This document shows positions 48,580 through 61,832 of a DNA stretch of 64,000 nt, piece after piece; the first letter of the stretch is position 1; every line of letters starts with the position of its first letter. The position numbers and the translations under genes are program-made. Source of the DNA: Podarcis liolepis. Its lineage: Eukaryota. The notes under the pieces were generated by a model that saw nothing but the letters and a program-made list of their open reading frames with translations, had not been told where the DNA came from and did not search any database. The DNA lies in NCBI GenBank assembly GCA_965112155.1, contig OZ218098.1; one strand, given 5' to 3'.

Positions 48580-49634
48580 GTAAGCTATACTTGGAAGTTT
48601 GAGACTGGCCCTATGCTGGCCTGGCTCATTAAATCTGTGAGGGCTGGTGGTAGATGAATAGGGAGAGGGAGCTGTGGACATTTCCTTACAGGAGGCCAAG
48701 GTGTCATCACTTCCTCCAGAGCAACTGGTAATAAGACCCATTATTTTAAGAAGCTTTCTTTAACCTGGGTAAAAGGTTGACCCAATGCACCATCTTGGGT
48801 GGGGAGAGGTTGGATGTGTGATAGTAGACCAACTCCCAGTTTTCTTAGACATAGATCTGCTATCATTGATGTTGACTGCATCATCTCGCTCTCTTGTTTT
48901 AAAATTATTGTATTTTATAATTGCTGTATGCTATTTTGGAGGCTTATCTGGCTGAACAGTGGCTGGTAAATATTAATATCACACCACAAGTAGTACCTTT
49001 CCTGTGGTTTTGTGGTATGCTAGTTGGTCATAGTTTAAGCATATGAAAGGTAGGTAACACATTGTATTCTGCATCCCCGCAGTGAGGCCCTTTGTATACC
49101 AAGAACACAGATCAGCTCTGAACATGGATATTTGATCCTCTTACCAGGGTTCCTATCAGGCACAAAATCCTTGTACTTTGTAGGCTTTAGACCTCTGACC
49201 TCATTAGCAGATGTGTGATGCTGTTTCTTTTCATTGACAGAGTAACATTGTTCAGATTGCATCATGGGTCGTGGGGAACTTAGTTTCATTTTTCCATTCT
49301 GCGTTTCCCACACTCTGAACAGATGAGCTGAAAGCCTTCAGAGAGAATATTACAGATGTTTAGCTGTCACTAATTGCCGGCTCTGGGACCCACACACTTG
49401 TGCAATGGGTGAATTGCAACTTAAAACACCAAAAGAACATAATGTGCCCAAAAAATTGGCTCACGAAACTCCCATTCTCAGAAGATTCGTGTTTATGTTT
49501 CTGGTGGGTAGTATCTCAAATTACTCTGTGGTAAAGCAGTCTCTGAAGCAATTTCCTCCATCTACCAGTGTTTAAAAATTTTGTATGACAGTAAAATGTT
49601 ACGTGATTCAACCCTCCACCCCTTCTTTTCACAG

Positions 49635-49706
49635 AAAAAATACTTGAGGCGTCTGTATGAAATTCGTGGTGTTCTTGAGTCTTCTAATTTCTTTAAACGG
49701 CACGAG
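49635..49706 (+). CDS. ITPKA: ITPKA coding exon 6, 72 bp, KKYLRRLYEIRGVLESSNFFKRHE
   Basis: CTTTTCACAG acceptor and GTGAGC donor; phase 0/0; FFxxHE motif preceding the SSLL motif. Confidence 0.95.
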
Positions 49707-50159
49707 GTGAGCAGTGGGTGAGAGAGAAGGCCAAGGAGGCAGCATGTGAAGAAAACAGTGTAGCATCAAGACTGGATTACTGCAATGCCTTCTGTCTCTG
49801 TGTGTATGGAGTGGGGGAAGCTGCCCTTGGGATTGGTTTGGAAGCTGTTGCAGAATGCAGGAACTAGGTTGCACAGAGAGGCAACCTACTATGAGCACAT
49901 AACACTCCCATGAAAGGAGCTGCACTAGTTTGCCACTTCAGCTACTGAGCTGAGTTTAAGGTTCTGCTGTTCGTTTAGAAGGCCCTAAGCAAATTGGGAG
50001 AGAATGAGAGAATGCCAACACCTCCTATAGAAACCTACCCACTCCCTGAGGTCATCAGATAATGCTCTTTGCAAGGGATCCATCATTTAGTCAACTAAAG
50101 GAGAGTTTTCCCCTCAGAAATAAGGCAGCCAACTAGATGGTGATGATGATCATTAGTAT

Positions 50160-50735
50160 TCTTCTTTTATTTATATGCCGCCCATATGACTGGGTTGCCC
50201 CAAGCACTGTGGGCGGCTTCCACAAAATTATAAAACCACAGTAAAAAACCAACCATTAAAAACTTCCTTATACAGGGCTGCCTTCAGCTGTCTTCTGAAA
50301 GTCAGATACCGTATTTTTTGCTCTATAAGACTCACTTTTTCCCTCCTAAAAAGTAAGGGCAAATGTGTGTGCGTCTTATGGAGTGAATGCAGGCTGCACA
50401 GTTATCCCAGAAGCCAGAACAGCAAGAGGGATTGATGCTTTCACTGCACAGCGATCCCTCTTGCTGTTCTGGCTTCTGGCATTCAGAATATTTTTTTTCT
50501 TGTTTTCCTCCTCCCAAAACTAGGTGCATCTTGTGATCTGGTGCGTCTTATAGAGCGAAAAATACGGTACTTGTTTATTTCCTTGACATCCGATGGGAGG
50601 GCTTTCCACTACCGTGAAGGCCCTCTGCTTGGTTCCCTGTAACTTCGCTTCTCACAATGAGGGAACTGCCAGAAGGCCCTCGGAGCTGGACTTCAGTGTC
50701 TGGGTTGAATGATGGGGGGGGGGGGGGTGGAGACT
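50160..50735 (-). mobile_element. L2-clade LINE 3' fragment interrupted by a family B MITE
   Basis: Colinear with 41837-42180 on both sides of 50309-50567. Confidence 0.8.
50309..50567. mobile_element. Family B MITE copy 3, nested in an L2 fragment (ITPKA intron 6)
   Basis: TIRs and TA TSD; L2 sequence resumes on both sides. Confidence 0.9.
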
Positions 50736-51114
50736 TTCAGTGGTCGCTTAAGATGTTTTCTGACCATTAAACAGACCATTAAACATTAAGCAGCCTGGTA
50801 ACTATGGATGATGCACTATTTGGATTTTTAAATGTTCTGTCTTTTATTGTTTGTGGTATATTTTATTATCTGTGCACTGCTTCGAGGTATTTTAAATATA
50901 AAGCAGTATTAAAATGCTCCTGGTAAATAAATAAAAAACTTAAGAACAATAAAAGAGCCTACTGGATCAGGCCAGTGGATTCCTCAGTAAATTTGTTTAA
51001 TCCTCAACTACAGGCATGCATTGGCCCTAAGTTTATGACGGGTGGAGCCAGGAGCAGCAAGACACCAGTTTTCCACAAAATATCTAGTAGCCTCTCTCTC
51101 CCTCTCCTCTGCAG

Positions 51115-51318
51115 GTAATTGGAAGTTCACTGCTGTTTGTGCATGATGATAGTGGGCATGCCAATGTATGGCTCATTGATTTTGGAAAGACTACCCTTCT
51201 TCCAGATGAGCAGACCTTGGATCATAGGATCCCTTGGCAGGAAGGGAACCGAGAGGATGGCTACTTACTTGGACTGGACAATTTGATCGACATCTTAGAA
51301 AATATATTTGAGAGATGA
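51115..51318 (+). CDS. ITPKA: ITPKA last coding exon (CDS part), [11 protein letters not shown]...WLIDFGKT...[25 protein letters not shown]
   Basis: Pyrimidine tract + CAG acceptor. SSLL and IDFG catalytic motifs; 68 codons ending in TGA at 51316-51318. Confidence 0.97.
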   Translation, partial: VIGSSLLFVHDDSGHANVWLIDFGKTTLLPDEQTLDHRIPWQEGNREDGYLLGLDNLIDILENIFER

Positions 51319-54300
51319 GAGGGACTGGCACAAAGTCACTATAGGACCGCTCAGTTGCTTTTAATTTTTCCAGAATCAACACACCCCCTCCCCAGTCAGA
51401 GGGAAAGCTTTTAAAACGTTTGCCAGACTCTGGGGGCATTACCCTGCTGCAAAAACGAGGTGGAAACTCAGAGCCAGCCTCTGGGAGCCTGGGAAATCCA
51501 GGGTTAGCCATGAATGCAAAGGGCTAACTTCAGTTTTATTGAACTAACACAGAATAATTTCTGAACATTTGGACGTTGGATCAGGACAACTACTTCCTGG
51601 AAGGAAAGTTGCTTGGAGCACATGGGACGGAAAATATTGGAATTCTTGTCTGAAATATCTTCAGAAGTAATAAGCAGACTTCCTAACCTTCATGCTGCTG
51701 CTGCTGCTGCTCACACTGTTAGATAGGAATTCCATGCATTCACTTGTGTGCCAGGCAGCTTGGAACTTGGCGAAGAATTTACAAACTCTCATTCTCATAT
51801 ATATATATTAGTTTTAATGGTGGTGCAGAAAAGTTTAAAGATGCGCACAAAGTGCTGTTGAAGCTTCAGAAACCAAAGGGCACCTTGGGCTCCAGGAGCC
51901 AGTGCAAGAGTTTTTGTGCCCTACACAACTCTCCATACCCCTCTGTTCCTTCTCGTCTTCTGCCATTCCATTTTGTCGCCAATTGCTTTCCACAAATTAG
52001 TTTATCTGTGCCAAAACATGTGCAGCTTGCCACTAAGCCCCTCCCCCAAATATCTTGCACACATCTGCCCTGCAACCCTGACCACAACTGTGCAACAGGT
52101 AAGTCCTACTGATTTTTAGTCAACCATCCAAAACTCATCATGGGCAGAACTGCAGTCTAATGCATGCTTTGATTGGAGTATGTGTGCTATAGAGGAACCT
52201 GGATCAGCTCTACCTGTTAGAGGAGCTGCCATGGTAATAGGGAAGCAGAGGTTGAACCCATACAATTCCAATTTGCACCAAGCTTTGTATTAGTGCTTCT
52301 TCATGATTGCTAGCCTCTCCTTTTCTTCACCTGAGACTGTGCATAAAGCTGTCCAGGTTTTAAAGTGTGTGATCCAAGAGAGACTTCGCCTTCCAGGGAG
52401 CAAGCAGTCACTTTCGGGGAGACTGAATTTCATCGAGGGTGGTGGTGGCCCAGAAGTGACCACTTGTGAGCTGGAATTCATATGACTATGTGTGGGATCA
52501 CATCTTAGTGACTTGGTTTATTTAGTAAACAAAGCAAAAACTTAACTAATTTAGGTGACATTGAAATGTTTCCCATCCAGAAATCAGAACAACCAGTCAA
52601 GTTGCTTGGTGTTGAAATTACTTGGATCAGCAGATTTTTGCAAGAATTAAAAAAGAACAATTCTCCCCATAGAGATGTACTGGGCACTTGAAACATTAGG
52701 TGCTAAGCACTTCATTTGGGCAAAGTATATCCACTTGGTGTATCAGGTGAATGTGCAAAGGGTTATTTTAGGACTGCTGTGAAGGTGATAGTTTGCATAA
52801 CAGAAATTCTGTGATAAAAACTCCTTTCCCCCATTGAAGTCACGTGGATTGTCCCCCGATAATCATGGATCGGTATTGCAGAATGCATCTCCACTGTTCA
52901 ACATTTCAGCCACACAATTCCAATAATCATGCCATGTTTGGTTATGTATTCACACGATTATTGGCTATGACCCAGAGCTCCATGCAGACAGACACGGCAT
53001 TCTTAAAGTTGTAGAGGAAAGCAGCCAGTGGCCATTGTGTGATGACTGGGTAGTCATGGCCCCATGGTCCTATCTCGTGCAGCCTGCCTTAGGCTAAATC
53101 GTGCAGAATTCACCCATGGCATGCTCCATAGCTAAAGGTATAAGGGATCCCTAGTCTGGCAGCATGGTCATGACTTAGCCAGACATGAAACTAGCAGTCA
53201 GAGCAGCTAGTAGATATCTTCCAGCTTTCAAATATTTACCCGTGAAGTTAATTTTTTAACAATACCCTTTGCTCACCCATTCTTAGTAGGTAACATATTT
53301 GGGCTTCCTTTCCTCTGCCACTTGGCTTGGTGTCAGTTTTCCCAGACTTTGGCATGAGGCTAATTTTAGGAGGAGCAACAGCAGGTCTTTCACTCCCTAC
53401 AGCCTAACCTGCACTGGCCTTGGAAGGGCCTGCTGAGGGCAGACAAATGGGTGGACAGTAAAACTTTAGGAGTCTGTAACACACAGCAGAAACGGGCTGC
53501 TTCAGCTATCGAGCTCCATGCTTCTGCCGAGAAAAGCTTATTAAAGCATTGCAAATTCTTGCCCAACAGGTGGTGGAGGGGAAACCCCACATTAACATTC
53601 ATTATGGAATTCAGAACCAGCAACCCAAGAGAGATGTACTGATGATACTCTGAAACAAGCTCCTTTGGCTTAAGCTTGTAATTAATTATCCCCAGGACAG
53701 TTTTTTAAATATAGGATTAGCTGGAAAGTCCATCTAGCAGAGCCGATAAAGGATTTAGTTGGGTGCACAGTTCTGAAAATCAAAATTGAAAATAGCAATT
53801 TGTAAAATAATACCAGTTATTGTTCCTTGAAATTTGTATTCTATCTTTAAGTCCTTTTGTGTTAATAATGGAAAACCGCTTCTTTATATGTTGCTGGTGG
53901 TGATGGGGTGTGTGTTGGGAAGGAAGCATGGATAGCAGAAGTGGTTTTCAAATGGCTTCCATGATCTGCTAGCCTTTTAGAGTAGTGGGTTGAAAAGGGT
54001 TTCTGTGTAGCACAAGAGGTTCGAAGGGGAGGGGATTTAGAGGTAAGCTTGGATGTTGTTGCTTGTCAGTTTTTACGTAGCCCTATTTGTGGGTCACGGT
54101 ATAAAAACCAATGTTTAAAATACTGGACGTGCAACACAGCAAGGTGAAGACGTCCCAACAGGTTGCTACCCTACCCTGGGCCAGCAAACATTTATGATGA
54201 TGCTCTCATGTAGATTTGGAGGCGTCTGGCCTTAGAATGCGTATGGGCACTGTCTTTCTCAGTAATGTAAATACAGTCAATATCCAGCATAGTCAAGGCA

Positions 54301-57252
54301 ATATTTCACAGTGGCCTGGTGGATGTGAGGGAGGGAAGGTCCCATTGTGCATGCGGGCTTGACATCATTGCATATCTTGACAGCCTCTCTCCACCCATCT
54401 TTGCCAACTCTATGGCTGATTGGACTTCAGTGGTTCTTCCCTTTACTCATTCTCACCCTCATAGTAACCGCCTGGTCCATACCAACCAACCCAACCAGCC
54501 AGCTGCTGCTGCTTAGGCACACGCACATACACAAAACAGGGTCACACTGGTTATTTTGTCTGCCCCATTGCCCACTCTTGGTAGCATTAAACTCTCCATC
54601 CTTTGCTCCAACTGTTCTTGCAGCAGGAACACCGGAAAAGTTCCGTCTGTTGCAGCAGCAAATGCTTGCTTCAGTCTGCTGCAGAGAGCTTGTGGACTCC
54701 AATTGCTTTTTCCTTATTTAAAAATGTGGTTGGTTCTAAGGAGGAGGAGGAAGAGGTGCTATAAAGTAGCACTTTGCACTGGAGGATGTGAACTTTTTCT
54801 CCAGGTCTGCTGATCTGTTTTCTCCCACCTCTTTAAAATGCAAACTGGAATATGCCTGCCTCACAGGGTTGTTGTGAGGATCCGTAAATTGTTTTAATAC
54901 TGATTTGTGGAAGAAAAGTGCAATATAAAAAAACTGCAAGGAATTTGAATAGGTATGGAAAGGACTGTTTCATAGTCCCTTGGAGGATATAAATTTGTGG
55001 AAACTTCAGTCCAGAAAAGGCAGGTATACCTTTTATATGCTGTGGGTGTTTCTGCAGGAAAGCTGCTTCTACAAGGAGGCTTAATATTGGCAAATGGGTT
55101 GTTTTCAATAGGGTTTTTTTTGTTTTTGTTTAAATAAGTTACTGAATTTTCCATGGAAGGATGATAAATCCAGAAGGTGGTGGCGGCAGGACGTAGGTTG
55201 GTATTTTTATGCCAAAATGCTGTGTGGAAGCTGGGAAAAAGCTTGCATGAGGACCACCAGTCCTACAATAAACACTTGCCTGGAAGCATCATTGATGAGA
55301 AAATTTCCTCCTCCTAGATTCTGTGAATAGACTAAAGCGATGGGGGATCTTGTTTTTAAATAGTTGACTTGGGCTACATTTCTACTACAAACCAGGGGGG
55401 GAAAAGCTTGTCTCATCTACAGATGATGTTGCTTTGAACACTACAGTGCAAAAAAATATTCTGAAATCCTAACTGTGTATAGGTTGATTTTATTACTTCC
55501 AAATGTGCTATAACAAATAAATTTAACTGAAAACAGGTGCCCACTCATTTAATCTTTTCTGTTCTTTCTTAAATGGTGGTAGCCAAGGGCCAAACTTGTC
55601 ATGATGTTAAAAATAAAATAAAAAATGGCGTCTGTGGAGAGAGGTCTGACCCTTCCTATCAAATAACAACTTCAAAGGGTGGATTTTCCTCAACACAGCA
55701 GGGAAGGTAAAAGTTAACTGTGATTCCAACAATTGCCAGCTCTTCTTCTTGCTTTTTAAGAGCATATGCAAATTTGTATTTTTTTTATGGTACAATAATA
55801 TACCGTGCTGCACGCTGGCTATACTTTCTTTTGCTGCCAAACTGCTATTTCGTGGCAAAGGTTGTGTTTTCTGCTTTATATGGTATTCACTTAAGTTCTC
55901 ATCAACACATCTGGGCTAAAAAGAGTGCGGAGAATTGTGTGTTAGCTAATAAGGTTTCGAAAAGGAATCACACTTTTGGGTGGTAGTGAGGGCATCATCT
56001 GTCAGTGCTGTGGGAATGTTTAATGGTGGAAGAGCAAAGTAACCCTTTTCTTAAATAATAAAATAGGTGTTTGTAACGTTGCTATCCAGCTGAGGCCAGA
56101 GACAAAGAACTTTCCTTTATTTGAAGACGTTTTTGAGAGGTAAGCTGGAAGGTGCATGTTAACTGCTTATATGGTATTTCTCGCCTCAGTTAGCTTCAGG
56201 ACTCCTTCAGAAGCGAATAAAAAAATGTCACCCTGTTCCTGTAGAATTGGTACCACTATTTAAACCATTGTGATATGATTGAAAATTATTATAGTGTGGG
56301 GATTATTTATTTATTTATTATTGTTTGGGGAGCGGAAGGTGCTTTGAAAGCAGAATTGCTGCTCTGTGTGTGTAGAGTCCAATTTGTTTCAAGAACACTC
56401 AAAGCCTGTTTGCTAGAGGTGACAAGTAATGCTTCTCTAGGATCATTTTCATCTCTTTTGTTCAGACAAACAAAGCTATTGCACATCTTAAAACTCAGTG
56501 GACAGTGCCACTGATGTTCCAGTCTGGGTTATATAGAGAACCAGTGCTTTTTTGTGCTGGTATGATCATCGCTTCTATTTTTTGCTGCATGTGACAGCCA
56601 TTTTGAGCTGGCATACACAGCACTTGCATTAGAACATTAATACTGGGATCTCTCTCTCTCTCTTTTAACCAAAAAAGCTCTGTATTACCTATTTCCCCCC
56701 AATGAGGGGCACAAACTAACTGACTGTTATTTAACAGAGATGTTCTATTTTCCTTCTAACCAGTGAGTAGTGGACAACAAAAGACCAAACAGCTGTGTTA
56801 GGATGTCTTTATTTATGTGTTGCAAATATAGAAGTATACGCTTTTATCTGATTTTAAATTGCATAGAAGCAGGCATGTGGTTTACATATTTACAGTGACC
56901 CCCAAAGGGCAAGATGGCAAGCTGTGTGTGCTGCCATTCTTCGAGGTAATCGCAGATCAAAAGCAATTTGTGTAAGTATAAAAGCGTGAAGAGTGTCAAA
57001 GCTCTCTTAGCGCCATCATAGAAAACTCTGTTTGGATTGTTTGTGCCAGTGTGGAAAAGGCAAAGGAGGAAATGGGATCGATCACTGCCCAATTTAAAGG
57101 AAAGCTGGGTTTTTCAGCCTAGCAAGAGGCAGAACAGAGAGAGAGAATAGCACAAGTCGAGGGGAAATTAGTAGAAAAGGAAGTGACCTGCTTGGGATGA
57201 ATCAAGATGCAACCAGGCATACCTCACAGGAATTGCATTTTGGGGTTGGGTT

Positions 57253-57594
57253 GGGGACACGGGTGGCGCTGTGGATTAAACCACAGAGCCTAGGACTTGC
57301 CAATCAGAAGGTCGGCAGTTTGACGGGGTGAGCTCCCGTTGCTCGGTCCCTGCTCCTGCCAACCTAGCAGTTCGAAAGCACATCAAAGTGCAAGTGGATA
57401 AATGGGTACCGCTCCGGCGAGAAGGTAAACGGCGTTTCTGTGCACTGCTCTCGCCAGAAGCGGCTCAGTCATGCTGGCCACATGACTCAGAAGCTGTACG
57501 CCGGCTCCCTTGGCCATTAAAGCAAGATCAGCGCTGCAACCTCAGATTCGGCCATGACTGGACCTAATGGTCAGGGGTCCCTTTACCTTTACCT
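57253..57594 (+). mobile_element. Sauria-type SINE between the ITPKA and LTK stop codons
   Basis: Same family sequence with (ACCTTT) tail; small deletion in the box B region. Confidence 0.88.
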
Positions 57595-60569
57595 GGGGAG
57601 GCACTAACAATTTTAATTCATTTTGTTGTTTGTATCTTCGATATAAAGTCCCTCCTCTAGCAAATGGTGCCAATACAAAGTCTATATACTTGTATCACAC
57701 AGATATAACATGGAAACCACGTGAGCTATTTTCCCAAAAGAACAGTACTAAAGGAATTCTTGGAAAATAATTGAGTTAAACTAAGGAGAAAAGAACTGTA
57801 GAGCTAGGCTTTGAGAGTGCTCTCTACTTTTGTACCATCAGTTTGTTTTCTCGCTCACTCAATCACACGTGCCACCTGCTGTCATATGGCTGAAATCTTT
57901 TTTGCTGACGGATGTATTTGGGTCTGATTCAATTCTAAGAGTCCCATGGAAATGTGCCCATTCGTGTCAATGAGGATGGTGCAAGATCATGACATCTATG
58001 ATTAAAATGGCATGCAAATATACATATGATTTATATTACCTATCAAATTATAAGGAAGTAAATAGGTGAAACGACCTTAGCATAATGCAATGTTTGGGAA
58101 CCACCCAAAGGAAAAAAAAGCTGAGCCAAACATGAAGAATCTGCCTTTTGTAGTTTTGGAAAGCTTCGCACAAAATAGGTACAGCAAAGCTGTTCTCCCG
58201 CCCCTTGGTCTGAAAAACTATCACATCATCGTAATAAGAGACTAAAAGTTCTGAAGCTCAGTCCTATTGATTTCAGTGGCCCTTGTTTCCTCTAAGTGTG
58301 CTTAAAATTATAAACAAAATGTTCACAGAGTTTGGATTAACAGGGATGCTATTTCTATGAGGGAAAAGGTCAAAGAGGCACACAGTCAGTTCTGATAAGC
58401 AGGATAACAGACAAGGCAATTAGGGGCCCTTTTGTGGACCAAGTTCCCTGGGCTGATTTGCAGAAATGTCATGGCTTTTTGCTGCAGATTAGGTTAAGGT
58501 CAGGAGAAAAGGCATTGTGTAGTAGCAAGGATTTTGTCTTTCTCTGACCTGTACTTGAGAAGTCATTAATGACTTCCCACCTCCTAGAGCTTTCCAAACT
58601 GTTAGCTGCAGTGTGTAGGTGTGTCACACAAATGCTCCCTGTGCTTCTCCAGGGGCTGTAAAGCAGTTAGTTTAACCTCCTGTTTGTTAGTAAAACTGAA
58701 TTACTGTGTCACAATTACAAATTGATGCATGTCTAAAAAGGTGTGTCACCAACATGAAGTTTGGAAAGCTCTGCTGTACACAGTTTTCATTTGGTAATTA
58801 TAGTGTGGAAATGCATATTTTCTTCATGAATGTGATTTCTTTCAATACAAGTTCATTTTTCAAATGGTCTATACTAAATGATGTTTGGAACAGGTAGCAG
58901 AAAAGGATTGAAGAAAGCGATCATTCTATATACCACCTGCTGACACTAAATAAACAAGTGAATGATAAGACTATTTTTATCTACAGAAAAAGCCTGTACC
59001 AAACAACTTATTATTATCATTATCATTATTATTTTGCTGGTGTGACATGGAAAACTTTTTCAGCTCTCTACTTTCCCACTTCCCTGCCAGTTGGCCTAGT
59101 CATCTGTCGCAGCAGAAATTGAGCACATGCACTGAAAACTGGTCTTCTCATGCATTCTGTGGCCAGTTTTGTGTACATGTTTTGGGTGAGCTGCTTTCTA
59201 TGAAAGACCTAAAGGTAGTATAGATTAAGTCAATGAGAGAACATAGGCGACTTCCTTTCAGAGGACGTAGTTCCCTGGACATGTCTCAAACATCTCTCTC
59301 TGAAGGATATTTTACACTGGGCAAAACACTACCTGCATTTCAAATGTGTGAGATGCACAAGCACTCACGACACTCTGAAGCCAATGAGAGCTCTGAATGA
59401 CACTTATGTTGGATGCTTTCTTGTGTAAAAGGGGTTATGTGTCCCTGAATTAACTTGTGCAATATTGGGCCTTTCTAATTCAGCAGCTCTCATTATATCC
59501 TGCAGTAGACCAACATGGTTTCCAACTCACCTCTCCTCAGTTTACCTCACCAATGCTGAGTCTATATACCTACCTCTAGAATCTATTTTGTATATATGAC
59601 CCAAACAAACACCAGCATTTTACCTATTAAGTTAGGATTCCCCTTCAGAATTAAAATACTTCTTGTTGGCCTTACTTCAAGTTAACAGCCTTTGTCACAT
59701 TTCACCATAGAAGAACTTTGAATATTATATACATCTATAAAAATCGTACCCTAAATTTCCAGCTTACAAAAAAGTATTCCTACGGGAGAGTGAATTACTA
59801 CCGTTGAGCAGAGTTCTGCGTAAACGAAGTCCATTAAAAGGAAATGTCCAGTTCATTGCAGACAAAGCAGGCTAACTCCTGAGACTCCACAGGTCAGGCA
59901 TCAATAACCGAACTACTTAGTTTCTGTGGTGCAAAGCAACTTCTTTCATTAATGAAAAAAATATGGTCACCACCACTTGTTTCTTTAGTTTTCTCAGTTT
60001 CTAATGCTCTTCCCGAAGAATGCAATTGTGATCTGCTCCCTTCTTAACTTTGGCTCTGTTTCCTTGCGTAGACTCCTCTGTCTTTGTTATTCTTACTACA
60101 TGTTCTCAGCTACTGAGTCCAAGGCAAACCCAGCTGGCTTTATTTCCTGCTTGGTTGTGAGTGGTGAGTCAGCTGGAAACCACATTTTGCAGACCACCAC
60201 CCTACATAGGTTGCTCACAGTTCTGCCATATGAACCTACCTAGTTCATATGAGGGAAGAGACCATTTTTCAGGGAGGTGATTGGGTGAATGTGAACACCT
60301 CCATGGACCACTGGACCCTGAACCATTCATTGCAACAGTAGCTCCATTGCATCCTGCAGCCACCACCATTGACACCAGTAGGTTGCAGCCAACCAGCCTC
60401 AAGTACTCATTGGGCATGTGCTGGAGGCCAGAGCAAGACAACAGTAATTCATCTGTTCCTAGAACAGGGAGGGAGGAAGACCGGGGGTAGGGGGTGGAGA
60501 ACATTTTTGATTATTCTTGCAGACACGGCCCCAGGGTGGAGGCCCAACTCTTTGCAAAAGTGTTCCATG

Positions 60570-61322
60570 TTATACAGGCGTAACACTCAGGTCATCAGAT
60601 AAGGAGAGACCAGAGTCTCTCTCTCTTGAGGTTTTTTCTGGCTTAAAGGAAAGCTTGCCGTCTCTGTGCAGGCTGGCACTCCTCAAAACTGTGGTTGGCT
60701 CCACTGCCAGAGGCAAAGACCTGCCTGTTTCGCAGCAGAGATCATCGTAAGCGTAGTTCACATTGCCACATGGGAAATTCTGCAGCTTCACCAGTTCAAT
60801 CCCTCCAATATCGATGTGAGGAGAGTGGTTCTGGCTCGGACATGAAGGTGATGCCCGAGAACTAGGGGAGGAACTGCAGTTCCCATCAAACCCCGAATCT
60901 TCCCGCTCTTGCGTTGTGTTGAGTTTGGAGCTGGGTTGGCAGACGCCCTCCAGGACCCAGGATCCGTAAGTTGGGTTCCAAAGATTTTTGGTTTTATTCT
61001 TCAGCTTGTACGCTGGCTGGCTGGCAGACTCCAGTTTCTGCATCTGGGTCCCATTGCTGGAATCACTGGAGGAAGGCATGCCAGCTCCTCTGGCTATCCA
61101 GTTTCCAAGGTTCTCCACCAGCAGCTCCTGCGGACACTGCCCATATTTGTTCCCTGAATCATGGTCTTCCAATGTTATGAAGTTCATCTGCGGGGTAAGG
61201 GGAGAATTCCCCAGCAAAGGAACCTTCCCTGTGGAACTGTTTGGATGCAACATAGTGCTTCCTTCATCCTCTGGTGTTGGGCTGCATTCAATGGGCAGCT
61301 CTGTATTGATCACATCAGGGTC
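60570..61322 (-). CDS. LTK: LTK last coding exon (C-terminal tail, 250 aa + stop), DPDVINTELPIE...NLWNPTYGSW...GNVNYAY...SVTPV*
   Basis: TTTTAG acceptor on the minus strand (61324-61323); 753 bp open frame coinciding with ORF 60570..61313. DPDVIN and LWNPTY motifs of ALK/LTK. Confidence 0.88.
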   Translation of the reverse strand, partial: DPDVINTELPIECSPTPEDEGSTMLHPNSSTGKVPLLGNSPLTPQMNFITLEDHDSGNKYGQCPQELLVENLGNWIARGAGMPSSSDSSNGTQMQKLESASQPAYKLKNKTKNLWNPTYGSWVLEGVCQPSSKLNTTQEREDSGFDGNCSSSPSSRASPSCPSQNHSPHIDIGGIELVKLQNFPCGNVNYAYDDLCCETGRSLPLAVEPTTVLRSASLHRDGKLSFKPEKTSRERDSGLSLSDDLSVTPV

Positions 61323-61659
61323 CTAAAAGACAAGCAAGGATATTGAACTTCCTAAATACTATCACTTTGACCGATACAGACGCTAACATGCTTACAAGAC
61401 CGAACTAGACATTACCAACAGATACAGAGGGTGGGATTCATGTCCTGTGAGTGCAACAATTTTTGCTTCTGCAATGAAACTTCCGCACTCTCCTCCTGCT
61501 GTGCATACCCTACTCCCTCCCCAAATCTGCCCCAGAAGGTTGGGGAAACTCCTAGAACAGATTTGGGAAGCACATGGAAGAAAGAGGGAGAACATATTGT
61601 TACACAAGCAGAAATCCTTGCACTGGGTTTGTTTTGTTTTTGCAGAGGGATGATCACAT

Positions 61660-61832
61660 AGCACCATGTTGGATAGGACCATCAGGCAGTCGGAACATAA
61701 ACACTGTGTCAACCTAGTACACTGACTAGCAGGAGCTGTCCAGGGTGCCTCCCAGTCCTACTTAGAGATGTGGGGATTGAACCTTATGGTACCACCTGCT
61801 TGCAAGGCAGATGCTCTGCCCATGGAGCTGTA
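61660..61832 (-). mobile_element. Degenerate tRNA-derived SINE (Squam3-like) in the last LTK intron
   Basis: Minus strand CAGCTCCATGGGCAGAGCATCTG...GGTTCAATCCCC gives box A/B-like motifs. Confidence 0.5.

Noticed and set aside
43248-51318. Calling the kinase ITPKB or ITPKC
   Set aside because: [37 protein letters not shown] and the -ER stop are A-type, and the LTK neighbour matches ITPKA synteny.
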